A stretch of 64,000 nt of DNA from an uncultured Planctomycetia bacterium (GCA_964431835.1 CAYSKO010000004.1:71519-135518); one strand, 5' to 3'. Numbered from the stretch's first letter, positions 46,540-57,396 are shown. Translations and numbers: made by a program. The notes: generated by a model from the sequence alone, not told the origin.

Positions 46540-49308
46540 TCAAGCTCCTTTTACGACTTCTGCGCAGCGCCTGCAAAGAGTGGGATGCTCATGATCTTTT
46601 CCGACGGTTTCGCGGCGGTTCCAGCAGCGCTCGCACTTCGGAAAGGCCGCCTTCCCGACGACCACTCGCGGACCCTCGCCAGCTCCTGCGTCTTCGCGAA
46701 GTTCGACGCGTGAAACCAGGAGCAGCGAGGCCAGGTCGTCGCCGAAACTCGACAGAAATTCGCGGTCTTCCCGCCGAAGGAGCGTCAATTCTACCTCAGC
46801 CTCCAGCGAATTGCCAATTTCTTTTTTCTCGCGTTTCTCCTCGATGGCTTTCAGCACCGTTTCCCGGAAATCCATGAATCGGGACCACCGGAGCTCGAGC
46901 GTCACGTCCCGGACACCCTGCCTAACCTTAGGCCATGCCTCAAGATGCACACTTTGCTTCGCCCCGGTCGCCTGCCAGACTTCCTCGCAGGTGAACGAAA
47001 GCACCGGAGCGAGCACCCGGGCGAGCACCGTCAGGATCTCATGAAGCGCGGTGCGCGCCGAGCGGCCGGAAACCGACCCCCGGGCGTCGGTGTACAGCCG
47101 GTCCTTGAGGACGTCCAAGTAGAAGGACGACATCTCCCTCACGCAGAAATTATACACGAGATGGTAGAGCCTGTGGAGCTGGCCGGTCTCGTAGGCGGCC
47201 GAAGCCTCGTCCTTCAGGAGCTCGAGCTTGGAGGTAGCCCAACGGTCGACCTCAAGGAGATCCTCGTTCTTCAAGGAGTCCCGGGCGGGGTCGAAGCCGT
47301 TCAGGTTCCCAAGGAGGTAGCGGAAGGTGTTCCGGATCTTGCGGTAGCCCTCGGCGAGGCGCTGGAGGCCGTCCGGGGACATCCGGATGTCGTCCGAGAA
47401 GTCGCTCGAGGCGACCCAGAGGCGGAGGATGTCCGCGCCGTACTGTTTCATGACGTCGAAGGGCGAAATCACGTTCCCTTGAGACTTGGACATCTTCTTT
47501 CCCTCGCCGTCCACGATGAAGCCGTGCGTGAGGACCGTCTTGAACGGCGCGATGCCCGACATCCCACAGGAAACCAGAAGCGAGCTCTGGAACCAGCCGC
47601 GGTGCTGATCCGATCCTTCGAGGTAAAGATCAGCCGGAAACGCCAGACGGTCGCCTTCCAAGAGGACGGAGACGTGGCTCGCGCCGGATTCAAACCAGAC
47701 ATCGAGGATGTCCTCGCCCTTTTTCAGATCCTTGCGGCCGCATTTGGGGCACGGGAATTTTCCGCCAGTGAGATCCATCGCCGACTTCGTGAACCAAGCG
47801 TCGGAGCCTTCCGCGCGGAACAAGTCGCGGACGTGGCGCAGGAGCGACGGGTCGAGCACGACCTCGTCGCAGGACGTGCACGAGAGCGCGGGGATCGGGA
47901 TACCCCAATAGCGCTGGCGTGAGAGACACCAGTCGGGGCGCGTCTCGAGCATTCCCGAAATACGGTTCTGGCCGACCTCTGGAATCCACTTCGCCTTGCC
48001 GACGGCTTCGAGCGCTTTTTTGCGGAGGTCGTTCTTATCGACGGACATGAACCACTGCCTGGTCGCGCGCGTGAGGACCGAGTTCTTGCAGCGCCAGCAG
48101 GTCGGATAAGAGTGCGTGATCTGCCCGGCTTTCACGAGGCGGCCGCTGGATTCGAGCTTGGCGACGACTTCGGGATTCGCCTTCAGGATGTACTTGCCCT
48201 TGAATTCGCCCGCCTCTTCCTTGAACTTCCCCTTTTCGTCGACGGGCATGAGGGTCGGCAGGCCGTACTTCACGCCGGTGCGATAATCCTCGATCCCGTG
48301 GCCGGGCGCGGTGTGGACGCAGCCCGTGCCGTCGCCGCTCGAAACGTAATCGGCGAGGACGACGCGGGATTCGCGGTCGAGGAAAGGGTGGCGCGCGCGG
48401 AGGTTCTCGAATTTTTTGCCGGGCAGCGTGGCGACGGTCGCGCGGGCGTCTTCTTCGTCCAACCCCCATTCGGCCGCGAGTGCGGGCACGCGGTCGGCGA
48501 GGGTCACGAGAAGGCCGTGTTGCTTCGAGCGCCACACCGCGTATTCGAAATCGGGATGGAGCGCGACGGCGACGTTCGCGAGGAGGGTCCAGGGAGTGGT
48601 CGTCCAGATCACGAAGTAAGCGTCCTCGTCGACGCCGGCCTTTTTCATCTCTTCGCGCGGAACGGGGAACTTGACGAAGATCGACGGCGACACGTGCTTC
48701 TCGTCGTACTCGAGCTCGGCCTCGGCGAGCGCCGTTTCGCAGCTCGCGCACCAGTGCACCGGCTTCAAGCTCTGGTAGACGAAACCCTTCTCGACCAGGC
48801 GGGTGAACGCTTCGATAGTGGCGGCCTCATACTCCGGCGCGAGCGTGAGATAAGGATTCTCCCAGTCGGCGAAAACGCCGATGCGTTTGAACTGCTCGCG
48901 CTGCTTGTCGACGAAAGCCATCGCGTAGGCGTGCGCCTTCTTGCGGAATGCCGCGGCGTCGATCTCGTGCTTGGTGATCTTCAGTTCTTTGAAAAGCTGG
49001 TGTTCGACCGGCAGGCCGTGGCAGTCCCATCCCGGCACGTAAGGCGCGTCGAAGCCCTTCATCGTCTTGTATTTCACGAACGCGTCCTTCAGGACCTTGT
49101 TGAGGACGTGGCCCATGTGGATATCGCCGTTGGCGTAGGGCGGGCCGTCGTGGAGCACCCACTTCTTCCGGCCGGCCGAAGCCTCGCGGATGCGGGCGTA
49201 GATTCCCTCTTTCGCCCATTTCTCGAGCAGGACCGGCTCCCTCTGTGGGAGGTCGGCCTTCATGGGAAAATCCGTGACCGGCAGGTTGACGGTGGTCTTA
49301 TAGTCCAT
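46540..49308 (-). CDS. ileS: Isoleucine--tRNA ligase, type 1
   Basis: HMGH, WTTTPWT, KMSKS and C-terminal CERC...CRRC zinc finger. Confidence 0.99.
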   Translation of the reverse strand: MDYKTTVNLPVTDFPMKADLPQREPVLLEKWAKEGIYARIREASAGRKKWVLHDGPPYANGDIHMGHVLNKVLKDAFVKYKTMKGFDAPYVPGWDCHGLPVEHQLFKELKITKHEIDAAAFRKKAHAYAMAFVDKQREQFKRIGVFADWENPYLTLAPEYEAATIEAFTRLVEKGFVYQSLKPVHWCASCETALAEAELEYDEKHVSPSIFVKFPVPREEMKKAGVDEDAYFVIWTTTPWTLLANVAVALHPDFEYAVWRSKQHGLLVTLADRVPALAAEWGLDEEDARATVATLPGKKFENLRARHPFLDRESRVVLADYVSSGDGTGCVHTAPGHGIEDYRTGVKYGLPTLMPVDEKGKFKEEAGEFKGKYILKANPEVVAKLESSGRLVKAGQITHSYPTCWRCKNSVLTRATRQWFMSVDKNDLRKKALEAVGKAKWIPEVGQNRISGMLETRPDWCLSRQRYWGIPIPALSCTSCDEVVLDPSLLRHVRDLFRAEGSDAWFTKSAMDLTGGKFPCPKCGRKDLKKGEDILDVWFESGASHVSVLLEGDRLAFPADLYLEGSDQHRGWFQSSLLVSCGMSGIAPFKTVLTHGFIVDGEGKKMSKSQGNVISPFDVMKQYGADILRLWVASSDFSDDIRMSPDGLQRLAEGYRKIRNTFRYLLGNLNGFDPARDSLKNEDLLEVDRWATSKLELLKDEASAAYETGQLHRLYHLVYNFCVREMSSFYLDVLKDRLYTDARGSVSGRSARTALHEILTVLARVLAPVLSFTCEEVWQATGAKQSVHLEAWPKVRQGVRDVTLELRWSRFMDFRETVLKAIEEKREKKEIGNSLEAEVELTLLRREDREFLSSFGDDLASLLLVSRVELREDAGAGEGPRVVVGKAAFPKCERCWNRRETVGKDHEHPTLCRRCAEVVKGA

Positions 49309-49315
49309 CGGTAGG

Positions 49316-49615
49316 CTAACGGAGATTCGCGGCGATTTGGAACAACGTCTTGACCGCGAATAGCTTGAGGAAGTAGATGAAAAGGCTCGCGAGGATCGGC
49401 GAGAGGTCGATTCCGATCTTGTAGCTCGGCACGAGCTGGCGGAACGGCGCGAGTAGCGGCTCGGTCGTTCGCTCGATGAACTGGACGATCGGCGAGCTCG
49501 GATCCGGATTCACCCACGAAAGGAGGGCCCGGATGACCACGAGCCACATAAGGATCGTGAGCACATAATCCAGGATGACCGCGAACGCCTGCAGGAAATT
49601 GGCCAGAACGAACAT
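49316..49615 (-). CDS. yggT: YggT family membrane protein
   Basis: LLSWVNPDP...TEPLLAPFR...IDLSP. Confidence 0.93.
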   Translation of the reverse strand: MFVLANFLQAFAVILDYVLTILMWLVVIRALLSWVNPDPSSPIVQFIERTTEPLLAPFRQLVPSYKIGIDLSPILASLFIYFLKLFAVKTLFQIAANLR

Positions 49616-50446
49616 TTATTTACCTCCGCTGAGTTCTTTGGAGCGGCGATGCGCCGCCTTGACCGCGTCTTGGACGATTTTGCCGAATCCCAGGCGCTTG
49701 TACACTTTGAGCGCGGCTTCGGTCGTGCCGCCCTTGGAGGCCACGCGCTCGATCAGGACCTCCGGATCATCCCCGCTCTCGGCGAGCACGCGGCCGGAGC
49801 CGAGCGCAGTCTGGTAGACGAGCTTTTTAGCGACGTCCACCTTCATTCCCATCTCGTGCGCCGCCTCAATCATTTTCTCCGCGAGGAGGAAGAAATACGC
49901 GGGGCCCGAGCCGCTCACCGCCGTCACGAGATCGAGCGATTTCTCGGGGACCGCGACGGCTTCTCCGAACGAACCGAGCACCGCTTCGGCGATCTTCTTG
50001 TGGCGCGCGTTGGCGTGGCGGCCGGCGGCGAACGCCGACATCCCGCAGCCGACGAGAGCCGGCATATTGGGCATCGCCCGCACGAGCGCGACGGGCCGCT
50101 TGAACCAGGCTTCGAGATTCGCGATCGTGACGCCTGCGGCGATCGAAAGAACGAGCGCGTCGCGGTCGACGGCGCCCGAGATGTCGGCCACCACGTCGGG
50201 AAGCGTCTGGGGCTTCACCGCGAGGATCACGACGTCCGCGAGCGATACGCACTGGCGGCCGGATTTTTCCGCGCGGGTCTTCGTTTCCTTCGCGAGGGCG
50301 CCGAGTTTTTTGGGGTCGACGTCGTAAACGCGGATGTTCTGGGGATAGACCGATTTCTCGACGAGGCCGCGGACCAGCGCGCCGCCCATGTTGCCGGCAC
50401 CGATGACCGCGATACGGAGGCCCGAAAGGGCGTTCTTCTGTGTCAT
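49616..50446 (-). CDS. proC: Pyrroline-5-carboxylate reductase
   Basis: IGAGNMG, AVKPQ, RAMPN, SGSGPAY and SKGGTT motifs; ATGA overlap with yggS. Confidence 0.96.
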   Translation of the reverse strand: MTQKNALSGLRIAVIGAGNMGGALVRGLVEKSVYPQNIRVYDVDPKKLGALAKETKTRAEKSGRQCVSLADVVILAVKPQTLPDVVADISGAVDRDALVLSIAAGVTIANLEAWFKRPVALVRAMPNMPALVGCGMSAFAAGRHANARHKKIAEAVLGSFGEAVAVPEKSLDLVTAVSGSGPAYFFLLAEKMIEAAHEMGMKVDVAKKLVYQTALGSGRVLAESGDDPEVLIERVASKGGTTEAALKVYKRLGFGKIVQDAVKAAHRRSKELSGGK

Positions 50447-51114
50447 GAAAAAAGCGCCCGGCCGATCCGCACCATGCTGGAACCCTCCTCGATCGCGGCT
50501 TCGAAATCTCCGCTCATGCCCATCGACAAATGCTTCATCTCGTACCGAACGTCCTTTTGCGCAGCGAGCGCATCCCGTAAGGTCCGCAGCTTCGCGAACG
50601 CTTCCCGCGCGGCGCGTTCCCCGCCTTCGAGCGGCGCCATTCCCATGAGCCCTCGCACGCGGATTCCAGGCAGATCGAACAGCGGTTCGAGTTCGGCCGG
50701 CAAGCGGGCGAGGTCGAAGCCGTGTTTCGCGGCGTCGCCCGAAACGTTCACCTCGATCAGCACGTCCAGCCTTCGCCCCTCGGCGAGCGCGGCCCCGCTG
50801 AGAGCCCGGACCAACCGTTCCGAATCCACCGATTGGACGAGCCGGAAAAGTGGAAGAGCAGCCTTCACCTTGTTCGTCTGCAAATGGCCGATCAGGTGCC
50901 ACTCGGCATCGAGCGCGGGTGCTTTCGAAAGAGCTTCCTGCACGCGGTTCTCGCCGAAGATTCGTAGACCCGCTTCGAATGCCTCGCGAACACCGTCAAG
51001 GTCCGTCCCCTTCGTGACCGCGACGAGAGTCACGTCTTCGGGCCGGCGCCCCGACCGAGCGGCGGCACGCGAAACGCGCGCACGAACCTCCTCGAGACGG
51101 TCTTTAAAAGTCAT
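50443..51114 (-). CDS. yggS: PLP homeostasis protein YggS
   Basis: VAVTK, FGENRVQE, WHLIGHLQTNK and LSMGMS motifs. Confidence 0.96.
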   Translation of the reverse strand: MTFKDRLEEVRARVSRAAARSGRRPEDVTLVAVTKGTDLDGVREAFEAGLRIFGENRVQEALSKAPALDAEWHLIGHLQTNKVKAALPLFRLVQSVDSERLVRALSGAALAEGRRLDVLIEVNVSGDAAKHGFDLARLPAELEPLFDLPGIRVRGLMGMAPLEGGERAAREAFAKLRTLRDALAAQKDVRYEMKHLSMGMSGDFEAAIEEGSSMVRIGRALFS

Positions 51115-51125
51115 TTAGGCCCTTG

Positions 51126-51154
51126 ATTCTACAAGATTAAGGATGGAAGCGCAA
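51126..51154 (-). promoter_or_regulatory. Sigma70 promoter for yggS-proC-yggT-ileS
   Basis: TTGCGC (51149-51154), 17 nt spacer, TAGAAT (51126-51131). Confidence 0.65.
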
Positions 51155-51185
51155 GACGAGGCGGGGACCCGTAAAGGCCCGAAGA

Positions 51186-51596
51186 TCAGTACTGCTCTTC
51201 GTAGCGCTTCATGTCCGCGCGGGACGGGCGCGGAGTCCAGTAAGAAGGAGGCGAGCCTTTGGTACCCATGAAATCTTTGCCCGTCATCCGCGTGATAAGG
51301 CCGATCGGCGTGAGAATGAGATAAAAGAGAGCGCCAAGGAGGACGCGCGTCATGACCCAGCCCATCGCGAGCGCGAGAGCCATCCACGCTTTCTGAACCG
51401 GACGCAGGGCGCGCGGAGCGACGAAGCCGAGGATCGCGAGCGCCGCGCCGGGCCACAGGAAATACGGCGCGTGCGCTTTTCCTTTCCACAGGAAGAAGAC
51501 GCCGAGCGCGAAGAAAACGCCGCCGACCACGTGCCCGAAGGAACGCAGCTCCCGATCGCCGCTTTTGATGGTACGAATGTCGGAAAGGAAGGACAT
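51186..51596 (-). CDS. SxtJ family membrane protein
   Basis: ELRSFG...WM...FYLILTPIG...GKD...SYW...QY pattern; directly after the carbamoyltransferase. Confidence 0.82.
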   Translation of the reverse strand: MSFLSDIRTIKSGDRELRSFGHVVGGVFFALGVFFLWKGKAHAPYFLWPGAALAILGFVAPRALRPVQKAWMALALAMGWVMTRVLLGALFYLILTPIGLITRMTGKDFMGTKGSPPSYWTPRPSRADMKRYEEQY

Positions 51597-51601
51597 CTTT
51601 T

Positions 51602-53422
51602 TTAATCCAGCTCGAATTGCTTTTGCCAGGCCGCGTCCTTCTCGAGCGGCTTCTGCTTTTTCTTGTCGATCACGTAATTCCCGAGAACGAGATAATCCAT
51701 TTCGGTGCGCATGAAGCAGACGTACGCTTCTTCCGGCGTACAAACCAGCGGCTCGCCGCGGACGTTGAACGACGTGTTCACGATGACGCCGCAGGAATGG
51801 TGCGCGTAGAACTCGGAGAGAAGCGCGTGGTAAAGCGGGTTCGTGTCCTTATCCACCGTCTGGACGCGCGCCGAGAAATCGACGTGCGTGACGGCGGGGA
51901 TCGACGAGCGGACGACGTTCAGCTTCTCGATTCCGAAAAGCGTCTCCTCGACGGCCGTGACCGCGCGGCGCTGGCACTCTTTCACGGGCGCCACGAGCAG
52001 CATGTAAGGGCTGTCGTGCTCGAGATCGAAGTAGTCCCCCACCCTTTCCTTCAAAACGGACGGCGCGAAAGGCCGGAAGCTCTCGCGGTATTTGATTTTG
52101 AGGTTCATCACCGACTGCATCTTCGGCGAACGGGCGTCGCCGATGATCGAGCGGGCGCCGAGCGCGCGCGGCCCGAATTCCATGCGGCCTTGGAACCATC
52201 CGACGACGTTTTCGGCGGCGAGGAGATCCGCCGTCCGACGCGGAAGCTCGGCCGCCGGCACGTGTTCGTGCGGGATCGCGTTCCGAGTGAGGTAGTCTTC
52301 GATCGCGCGGTCGCCGTATTCGGGGCCGAGATAGGAGCCTTTCAGCGTGTCGCGGCGGCCGTCGGCTTTCCGTGGGTTATCCAGGCAATGATGCCAAGCG
52401 AAGAGCGCCGCGCCGAGCGCGCCGCCTGCATCTCCGGCCGCCGGCTGGATCCAGATCTTCTCGAAAGCGCCGTCGCGAAGGACTTTGCCGTTGCCCACGC
52501 AGTTGAGCGCGACGCCGCCGGCGAGACAGAGGTTTTTCATGCCGGTTTCCTTGCGAACGTGGCGCGCCATGCGGAGCATCACTTCCTCGGTCACGTCCTG
52601 CACCGAACGCGCGAGATCCATCTCCCGCTGGGTGAGCTTCGATTCGGGCTTCCGGGGTTCGCCGCCGAAGAGCTTGTGGAAAAGCGGACCGGTCATCGTT
52701 AGGCCCGCGGGGTAATTGAAATATTTCATGTTCAGGCGGAAAGAGCCGTCTTCTTTCAAGTCGATCAGCTCGCGCAGGATAAGATCCTTGAAGCGGGGCT
52801 CGCCATACGGGGCGAGGCCCATCACCTTGTACTCACCGGAATTCACCCGGAATCCCGTGTAATACGTGAACGCCGAATAAAGAAGCCCAAGGGAATGAGG
52901 AAAGCGGATCTCTTTGAGGAGCTCAAGCTTGTTCCCGCGGCCGACCCCGACGCTTGAGGTCGCCCACTCGCCGACACCGTCCATCGTGATGACGGCGGCT
53001 TCCTCGAACGGCGAAGGAAAGAAAGCCGAGGCCGCGTGCGACTCGTGGTGTTCGGTAAAAAGCATGCGGCCTTCCCATCCGCCGAGATCCTCGCGGATCT
53101 GGTCCTTGATCCACAGCTTCTGTTTGATCCACACCGGCATGGCTTTCAGGAAGGAACGGATCCCAAACGGTGCGTACGCGAGGTAGGTTTCGAGGAGACG
53201 CTCGAATTTGAGAAAAGGCTTTTCGTAGAAGACGACGAGATCGACGTCCTTCTTGGATATGCCGCCCGCTTCGAGGCAGTAGTCGATCGCGCGCGCCGGA
53301 AAAGACTGGTCGTGTTTTTTGCGGGTGAAGCGCTCCTCCTGGGCGGCGGCGACGATCTCGCCGTCTCGGACGAGGCAGGCGGCGCTGTCGTGGTAGAACG
53401 CAGAGATTCCAAGGATGTTCAT
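51602..53422 (-). CDS. O-carbamoyltransferase (NodU/CmcH/SxtI family)
   Basis: HDSAA, EERFTRKKH, HHESHAASAF, GEYKVMGLAPYG, EFGPRALG and NTSFNVRGEP motifs. Confidence 0.95.
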   Translation of the reverse strand: MNILGISAFYHDSAACLVRDGEIVAAAQEERFTRKKHDQSFPARAIDYCLEAGGISKKDVDLVVFYEKPFLKFERLLETYLAYAPFGIRSFLKAMPVWIKQKLWIKDQIREDLGGWEGRMLFTEHHESHAASAFFPSPFEEAAVITMDGVGEWATSSVGVGRGNKLELLKEIRFPHSLGLLYSAFTYYTGFRVNSGEYKVMGLAPYGEPRFKDLILRELIDLKEDGSFRLNMKYFNYPAGLTMTGPLFHKLFGGEPRKPESKLTQREMDLARSVQDVTEEVMLRMARHVRKETGMKNLCLAGGVALNCVGNGKVLRDGAFEKIWIQPAAGDAGGALGAALFAWHHCLDNPRKADGRRDTLKGSYLGPEYGDRAIEDYLTRNAIPHEHVPAAELPRRTADLLAAENVVGWFQGRMEFGPRALGARSIIGDARSPKMQSVMNLKIKYRESFRPFAPSVLKERVGDYFDLEHDSPYMLLVAPVKECQRRAVTAVEETLFGIEKLNVVRSSIPAVTHVDFSARVQTVDKDTNPLYHALLSEFYAHHSCGVIVNTSFNVRGEPLVCTPEEAYVCFMRTEMDYLVLGNYVIDKKKQKPLEKDAAWQKQFELD

Positions 53423-53429
53423 GAGGAAT

Positions 53430-53459
53430 AAACTACCACAAAAAAGAAGAAGGCGTCAC
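53430..53459 (-). promoter_or_regulatory. Putative extended -10 promoter giving a leaderless carbamoyltransferase mRNA
   Basis: TG-G-TAGTTT (53430-53435) 7 nt before the ATG; GTGACG with 18 nt spacer. Confidence 0.45.
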
Positions 53460-53491
53460 CGGGAAGAGACGGCTTCCCCAGCGACGCCTTC
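53440..53491 (-). terminator. Intrinsic terminator closing the polysaccharide operon
   Basis: Long stem GAAGGCGTCG.../...TGACGCCTTC followed by TTCTTTTTT. Confidence 0.75.
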
Positions 53492-53504
53492 GTGTCTTCG
53501 AGCG

Positions 53505-54290
53505 TCAGGCCGCCGCTCGCGGCGAGGCGGGACTCCAGCGAACCGCGTCCGCGCGGTAACGCAGGAGGAGCCAGAAAAAGCGCATGTCGTCGACGAGGTA
53601 GCGCTTCCAAAGCCTCGCCGGCTCCATGAGGAGCCTCCAGAACCACTCGAGGCCCGCTTTTTGCATCCAGCCCGGGGCGCGTTTCACCATGCCGGCGACG
53701 AACTCGAACGTCACGCCAATTCCGAGCGACACGGGAACGCCGAGCGCGTCCTTGTGGCGGTGGATCCATTTTTCCTGTTTGGGGGCGCCGAGGCCGACGA
53801 AAAGGATGTCCGCCCGTGAATCCCGGACCGTCTTCACGATCTTGTCATTTTCGGTCGCGTTCTTCTCGAAGCCCATCGGCGGACAATACGTTCCGGCGAT
53901 CTCAAGACGCGGAAAACGCGTCTTCATCACCTTCGCCGCGCCGTCGGCCGCGCCGGGACGGCCGCCCATAAAGAACACGCGGTAGCCCTTCTCGGCCGCC
54001 AGCGCGCAGACTTCCGGAAAAAGGTCGGACCCGGAGACTTTTTCGCGGAGAGGCGTGCCGATCCATTTCGCCGCCCAGAGGAGCGGCATCCCGTCTGCGA
54101 GGACGAGGCCCGCGCTGTCGTACACACGGCGGAATTCCTCATCGTCCTGTAATTTGACCAAATGGTCCACGTTGGGCGTCACCACCGAGGCGGGCGTCTT
54201 CGCGCGCACGAGCGCGTCGATTTCAAAGACGGCCTCGCCCATCGTGACGTCGTCTATTTCGGTGCCGAGAATGCGGATTCGCTTGGGCAT
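53505..54290 (-). CDS. WecG/TagA/CpsF (GT26) glycosyltransferase
   Basis: TPNVDH, ADGMP, GLGAPKQEKW and GLEWFWRL motifs. Confidence 0.93.
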   Translation of the reverse strand: MPKRIRILGTEIDDVTMGEAVFEIDALVRAKTPASVVTPNVDHLVKLQDDEEFRRVYDSAGLVLADGMPLLWAAKWIGTPLREKVSGSDLFPEVCALAAEKGYRVFFMGGRPGAADGAAKVMKTRFPRLEIAGTYCPPMGFEKNATENDKIVKTVRDSRADILFVGLGAPKQEKWIHRHKDALGVPVSLGIGVTFEFVAGMVKRAPGWMQKAGLEWFWRLLMEPARLWKRYLVDDMRFFWLLLRYRADAVRWSPASPRAAA

Positions 54291-54310
54291 CGCTTCCAGT
54301 TCCCCTTTCG

Positions 54311-56428
54311 TCAGTTTTTGAGTTTGATGCGGTACACGGAACCCGCGTACCGCGAGATATAAAGATGGGCGCCGTCCCTCGAGAAAGCCATCGCGGCCGC
54401 GCCGGCCCCATTCGGAAGGTCGGAGGTGATGTCGTTCCAGCTCCGGCCGGCGTCTTCGCTGAGGAAAATGCGACCGCCCGTCGAACCGTCCCACTTCACG
54501 GCGGTCACCGCGACGCGTTCGGGATTATTCGGATCGATAGTGATCGCCTCGCACGAGCCGGTTCCTTCGAATTGCTTAAGGAGCGTCCAGTTCGCGCCGA
54601 AATCGGACGAGAAATAGACCGCGGGGCCGCCCGAGTCAGTCGCGGCGTAGACCTTACCGTCGCTCGAGACCGCCAGGTCGAAAACCCAGCCCGTGGCCGA
54701 GAACACCTTCGTCCAGGTGAGACCGCGGTTCTCAGACCGGTAAATACCACCGTTGGCGCTCGTCCCGGCCGTTCCCCAGTAAATGCGGTTCGGATTCGCC
54801 GGGTCGACGGCGAGGCCGTTATAGACGCGCAGCGAGCCGGGTTGGCCGTCTGGACGCGTCCACGAATAGCCGCCATCGGTCGAAAAGAAGAATCCGCCGC
54901 CGTCGTCGCCGTCGATGCCGAGATAAAAACGTTTCGGATCGGAGGGGTCGACGGCGAGCGCGCGGGCGTATCCTTTATCCCAGACCGTGTTCACCTTCGG
55001 GTACGTGAGCGGAAGGCCGGTGCGCGTCTTCTTGAACGCGACGCCGCCGTCCTCGCTGATGAGCACCTGGTTGGAGGTGACGTCCCACGGAGAACTCGTC
55101 GCGACCACGTGTTTGCCGAGCGGGCCGGCGGCGATCACGCGCCAAACATGGCCCTTCACGCTGTTGTCGACGGTGTCGACGGGGCACAGCGACTTGTAGC
55201 TTACGCCGCCGTCCGAGGATTTCATGAGACCGTTGTCCATCGTGGCGACGAGGATCGCGCCGTCCGGCGCGACGGTGATGTCGGATCCCACGGTGTTCGC
55301 CGCGCCCTTGATCCGCTCAACCCAGCTTTCGCCGTTGTCGTCCGAGCGCCAAACGCCCCAAAAATCGGTGAAGTAGAGCGTATTCGCCTCGAATGGATCG
55401 AACGAGACCGAGAGCGGCCAGCCGAAGCCTTGCGCCCACACGCGAGTCGGGTTGAGAAGGACGTCGTGCGAAAGGTTCTTTTCAATGTCTTTCCAGGTCT
55501 TCCCGGTATCAGGGCTCAGATACACCCCGCCGCCCCAGCCGTCGCGCCAGGCAGCGAGAAGCTTCGTCGTGCCGGCGCGGTCGCTCCGCACGGAGATGCG
55601 GTTGACGTGCGCGGTCTCCGAAGAACTGGGGATTGGCTCGGAATACTGCCACGTCGCGCCGTTGTCGGAGCTCCAGCCCACCCGTTTCTCGGCCGTGATG
55701 AAAAGCGTTTCCTTCCAGAGATAGGAGACCATGTCGAGGACCCGCGTCCCCTTCGCGACGTCGAGCCGCATCCACGCCCCGGCCGGGCCAGCCGAGAGGT
55801 CGTAGCGGATGAGGCCGAAGGTCGAGCCCGCGAAAAGCCAGCGGCCGTCGCGCGTCAGGTGAAGCGCGCTGATGGGCGTGGGCTGACCGAACGGATTCGG
55901 TGCGGCGCCCAGACGCGCGAACGACTCGCCTCCGTCGTTCGTAAACCAGACCTGACCGTCCTTCGTGCCCGCGTAAACCTTGTTGTGGTCGAGCTTGTCG
56001 ATCGCGATCGAGCGGTAATTGTCGGGGCGGCGGAAAAGAACTTTGTCTTTCGTTGAAGCGAGGTAGCGCCACGTCATCCCGGCATCGTCCGACCGCAGCA
56101 TACCGGTCTTCGTGCCGATGTAGAGCACGTTCGAGTTCGACTTCGCGACCGCGAGCGCCACGACGTGGAGCGTCGTGAGCCCCTGATTGCGGAACATCCA
56201 GACGCCGCCGCGCGTGTCGCTTCGCCAGACGCCCGAGACGTCCGAAATGAGATATACGCGGCCGTAGACGTTTCCATCCAGCACGACGCCCGGATACGCG
56301 CCGCCGCCGCACCATCCGGCGAATTCCCACTTGAGCATGGTATTGATCGCGCCCGCCGCGCGCGGAAGAGGATCCAGGAAAGCGAAGACGGCTGCTGCGA
56401 GGACGAGCGCTGTGCGAAGCTTTTTCAT
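54311..56428 (-). CDS. Secreted BNR/Asp-box beta-propeller, GH74-like glycoside hydrolase
   Basis: Signal peptide, GGG motif, YLISDVSGVWRS, many SxDxGxTW repeats; ATGA overlap with GT2. Confidence 0.75.
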   Translation of the reverse strand: MKKLRTALVLAAAVFAFLDPLPRAAGAINTMLKWEFAGWCGGGAYPGVVLDGNVYGRVYLISDVSGVWRSDTRGGVWMFRNQGLTTLHVVALAVAKSNSNVLYIGTKTGMLRSDDAGMTWRYLASTKDKVLFRRPDNYRSIAIDKLDHNKVYAGTKDGQVWFTNDGGESFARLGAAPNPFGQPTPISALHLTRDGRWLFAGSTFGLIRYDLSAGPAGAWMRLDVAKGTRVLDMVSYLWKETLFITAEKRVGWSSDNGATWQYSEPIPSSSETAHVNRISVRSDRAGTTKLLAAWRDGWGGGVYLSPDTGKTWKDIEKNLSHDVLLNPTRVWAQGFGWPLSVSFDPFEANTLYFTDFWGVWRSDDNGESWVERIKGAANTVGSDITVAPDGAILVATMDNGLMKSSDGGVSYKSLCPVDTVDNSVKGHVWRVIAAGPLGKHVVATSSPWDVTSNQVLISEDGGVAFKKTRTGLPLTYPKVNTVWDKGYARALAVDPSDPKRFYLGIDGDDGGGFFFSTDGGYSWTRPDGQPGSLRVYNGLAVDPANPNRIYWGTAGTSANGGIYRSENRGLTWTKVFSATGWVFDLAVSSDGKVYAATDSGGPAVYFSSDFGANWTLLKQFEGTGSCEAITIDPNNPERVAVTAVKWDGSTGGRIFLSEDAGRSWNDITSDLPNGAGAAAMAFSRDGAHLYISRYAGSVYRIKLKN

Positions 56429-57396
56429 CGGGCGGCGCCTCCGGGGGTAGGGTTCGAAACGGGATGGGAAAAAGAAGGCCCGGCGGGAACCGCGCGCGCG
56501 GGCTCGAAACCGTCCCGCGAGAGCGCCGCCTTGGCGAATCCGGCCGCCCAGGCGCCGAGACCGAGCAGAAACGCCGGGAGCGAGCCAAGGAAAGCCGTGA
56601 AATAGGCGGGTTTCGCGAAAAGAATGCGTGCGGCGATGCGCGCGAACTTGGCGCCGAGGAAAAGCGGAAGCAGGAGCGTCGCGGCCAGCGGAGAGTACAG
56701 CGCAGAACGCGAACGCATGCGCCGGTACACGAGAACGTAGCGGCCAAGCAGCACCTGGTTTTTCAGGAATGCGCCCCACTCCTCGCGGAAAATATGGTAA
56801 ACCTTCGCGTCCGGAACGAACCAGAACGGCGTACGTGCGGAGACCTTGAGGCCGAAGAGCACGTCCTCGGACGCGCGGATCTCCGGAAAGCCGCCGACCT
56901 CGCGAAAGAGCGCTGTTTCGCAGTAGAGGTTGCAGGACGGGGCGAACGGCTTCGTTTTGGGCCCGCCGGCGTCCATGAATTCGTTGAATTGGAGGAAATA
57001 CTGCGCCCAGGCGATCGCCTTGCTTTTCTGAAAATACGGTAGCGCAATCGAGCCGCCGCCGACGCGGCGTCCGGCGCCGGCGTGCGCCGCGATTCGCTCG
57101 AGGCAGTCGTTGGCCATGAACGCGTCGGAGTCCACGAAAACCAGAAGATCGCCGGCCGCCTCGCGCGCGCCGATGTTGCGACCGACGGCCGGCATGACCC
57201 TCTCGCCCGCACGGATGACCCGCACCTTCCCGCCCTCTCGGGCGGCCAGGAAAGCGGGCGTGACGCCGTCGGTCGAGGAGTCGACCACGATCGCCTCGCA
57301 GAGAAGATCTTCGCGCGTCTGAAGCTTCAACGCGTCGAGCGTTTTGCCGATCGTTTTGTGCGAATTAAACGACGGGACGACGACGGAGATGCGCAT
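56425..57396 (-). CDS. Glycosyltransferase family 2
   Basis: ISVVVP, FVDSD and SED motifs. Confidence 0.9.
   Translation of the reverse strand: MRISVVVPSFNSHKTIGKTLDALKLQTREDLLCEAIVVDSSTDGVTPAFLAAREGGKVRVIRAGERVMPAVGRNIGAREAAGDLLVFVDSDAFMANDCLERIAAHAGAGRRVGGGSIALPYFQKSKAIAWAQYFLQFNEFMDAGGPKTKPFAPSCNLYCETALFREVGGFPEIRASEDVLFGLKVSARTPFWFVPDAKVYHIFREEWGAFLKNQVLLGRYVLVYRRMRSRSALYSPLAATLLLPLFLGAKFARIAARILFAKPAYFTAFLGSLPAFLLGLGAWAAGFAKAALSRDGFEPARAVPAGPSFSHPVSNPTPGGAAR

Noticed and set aside
51186-53422. Saxitoxin biosynthesis
   Set aside because: No sxtA, sxtG or other core genes are present; SxtI/J homologs occur widely outside toxin clusters
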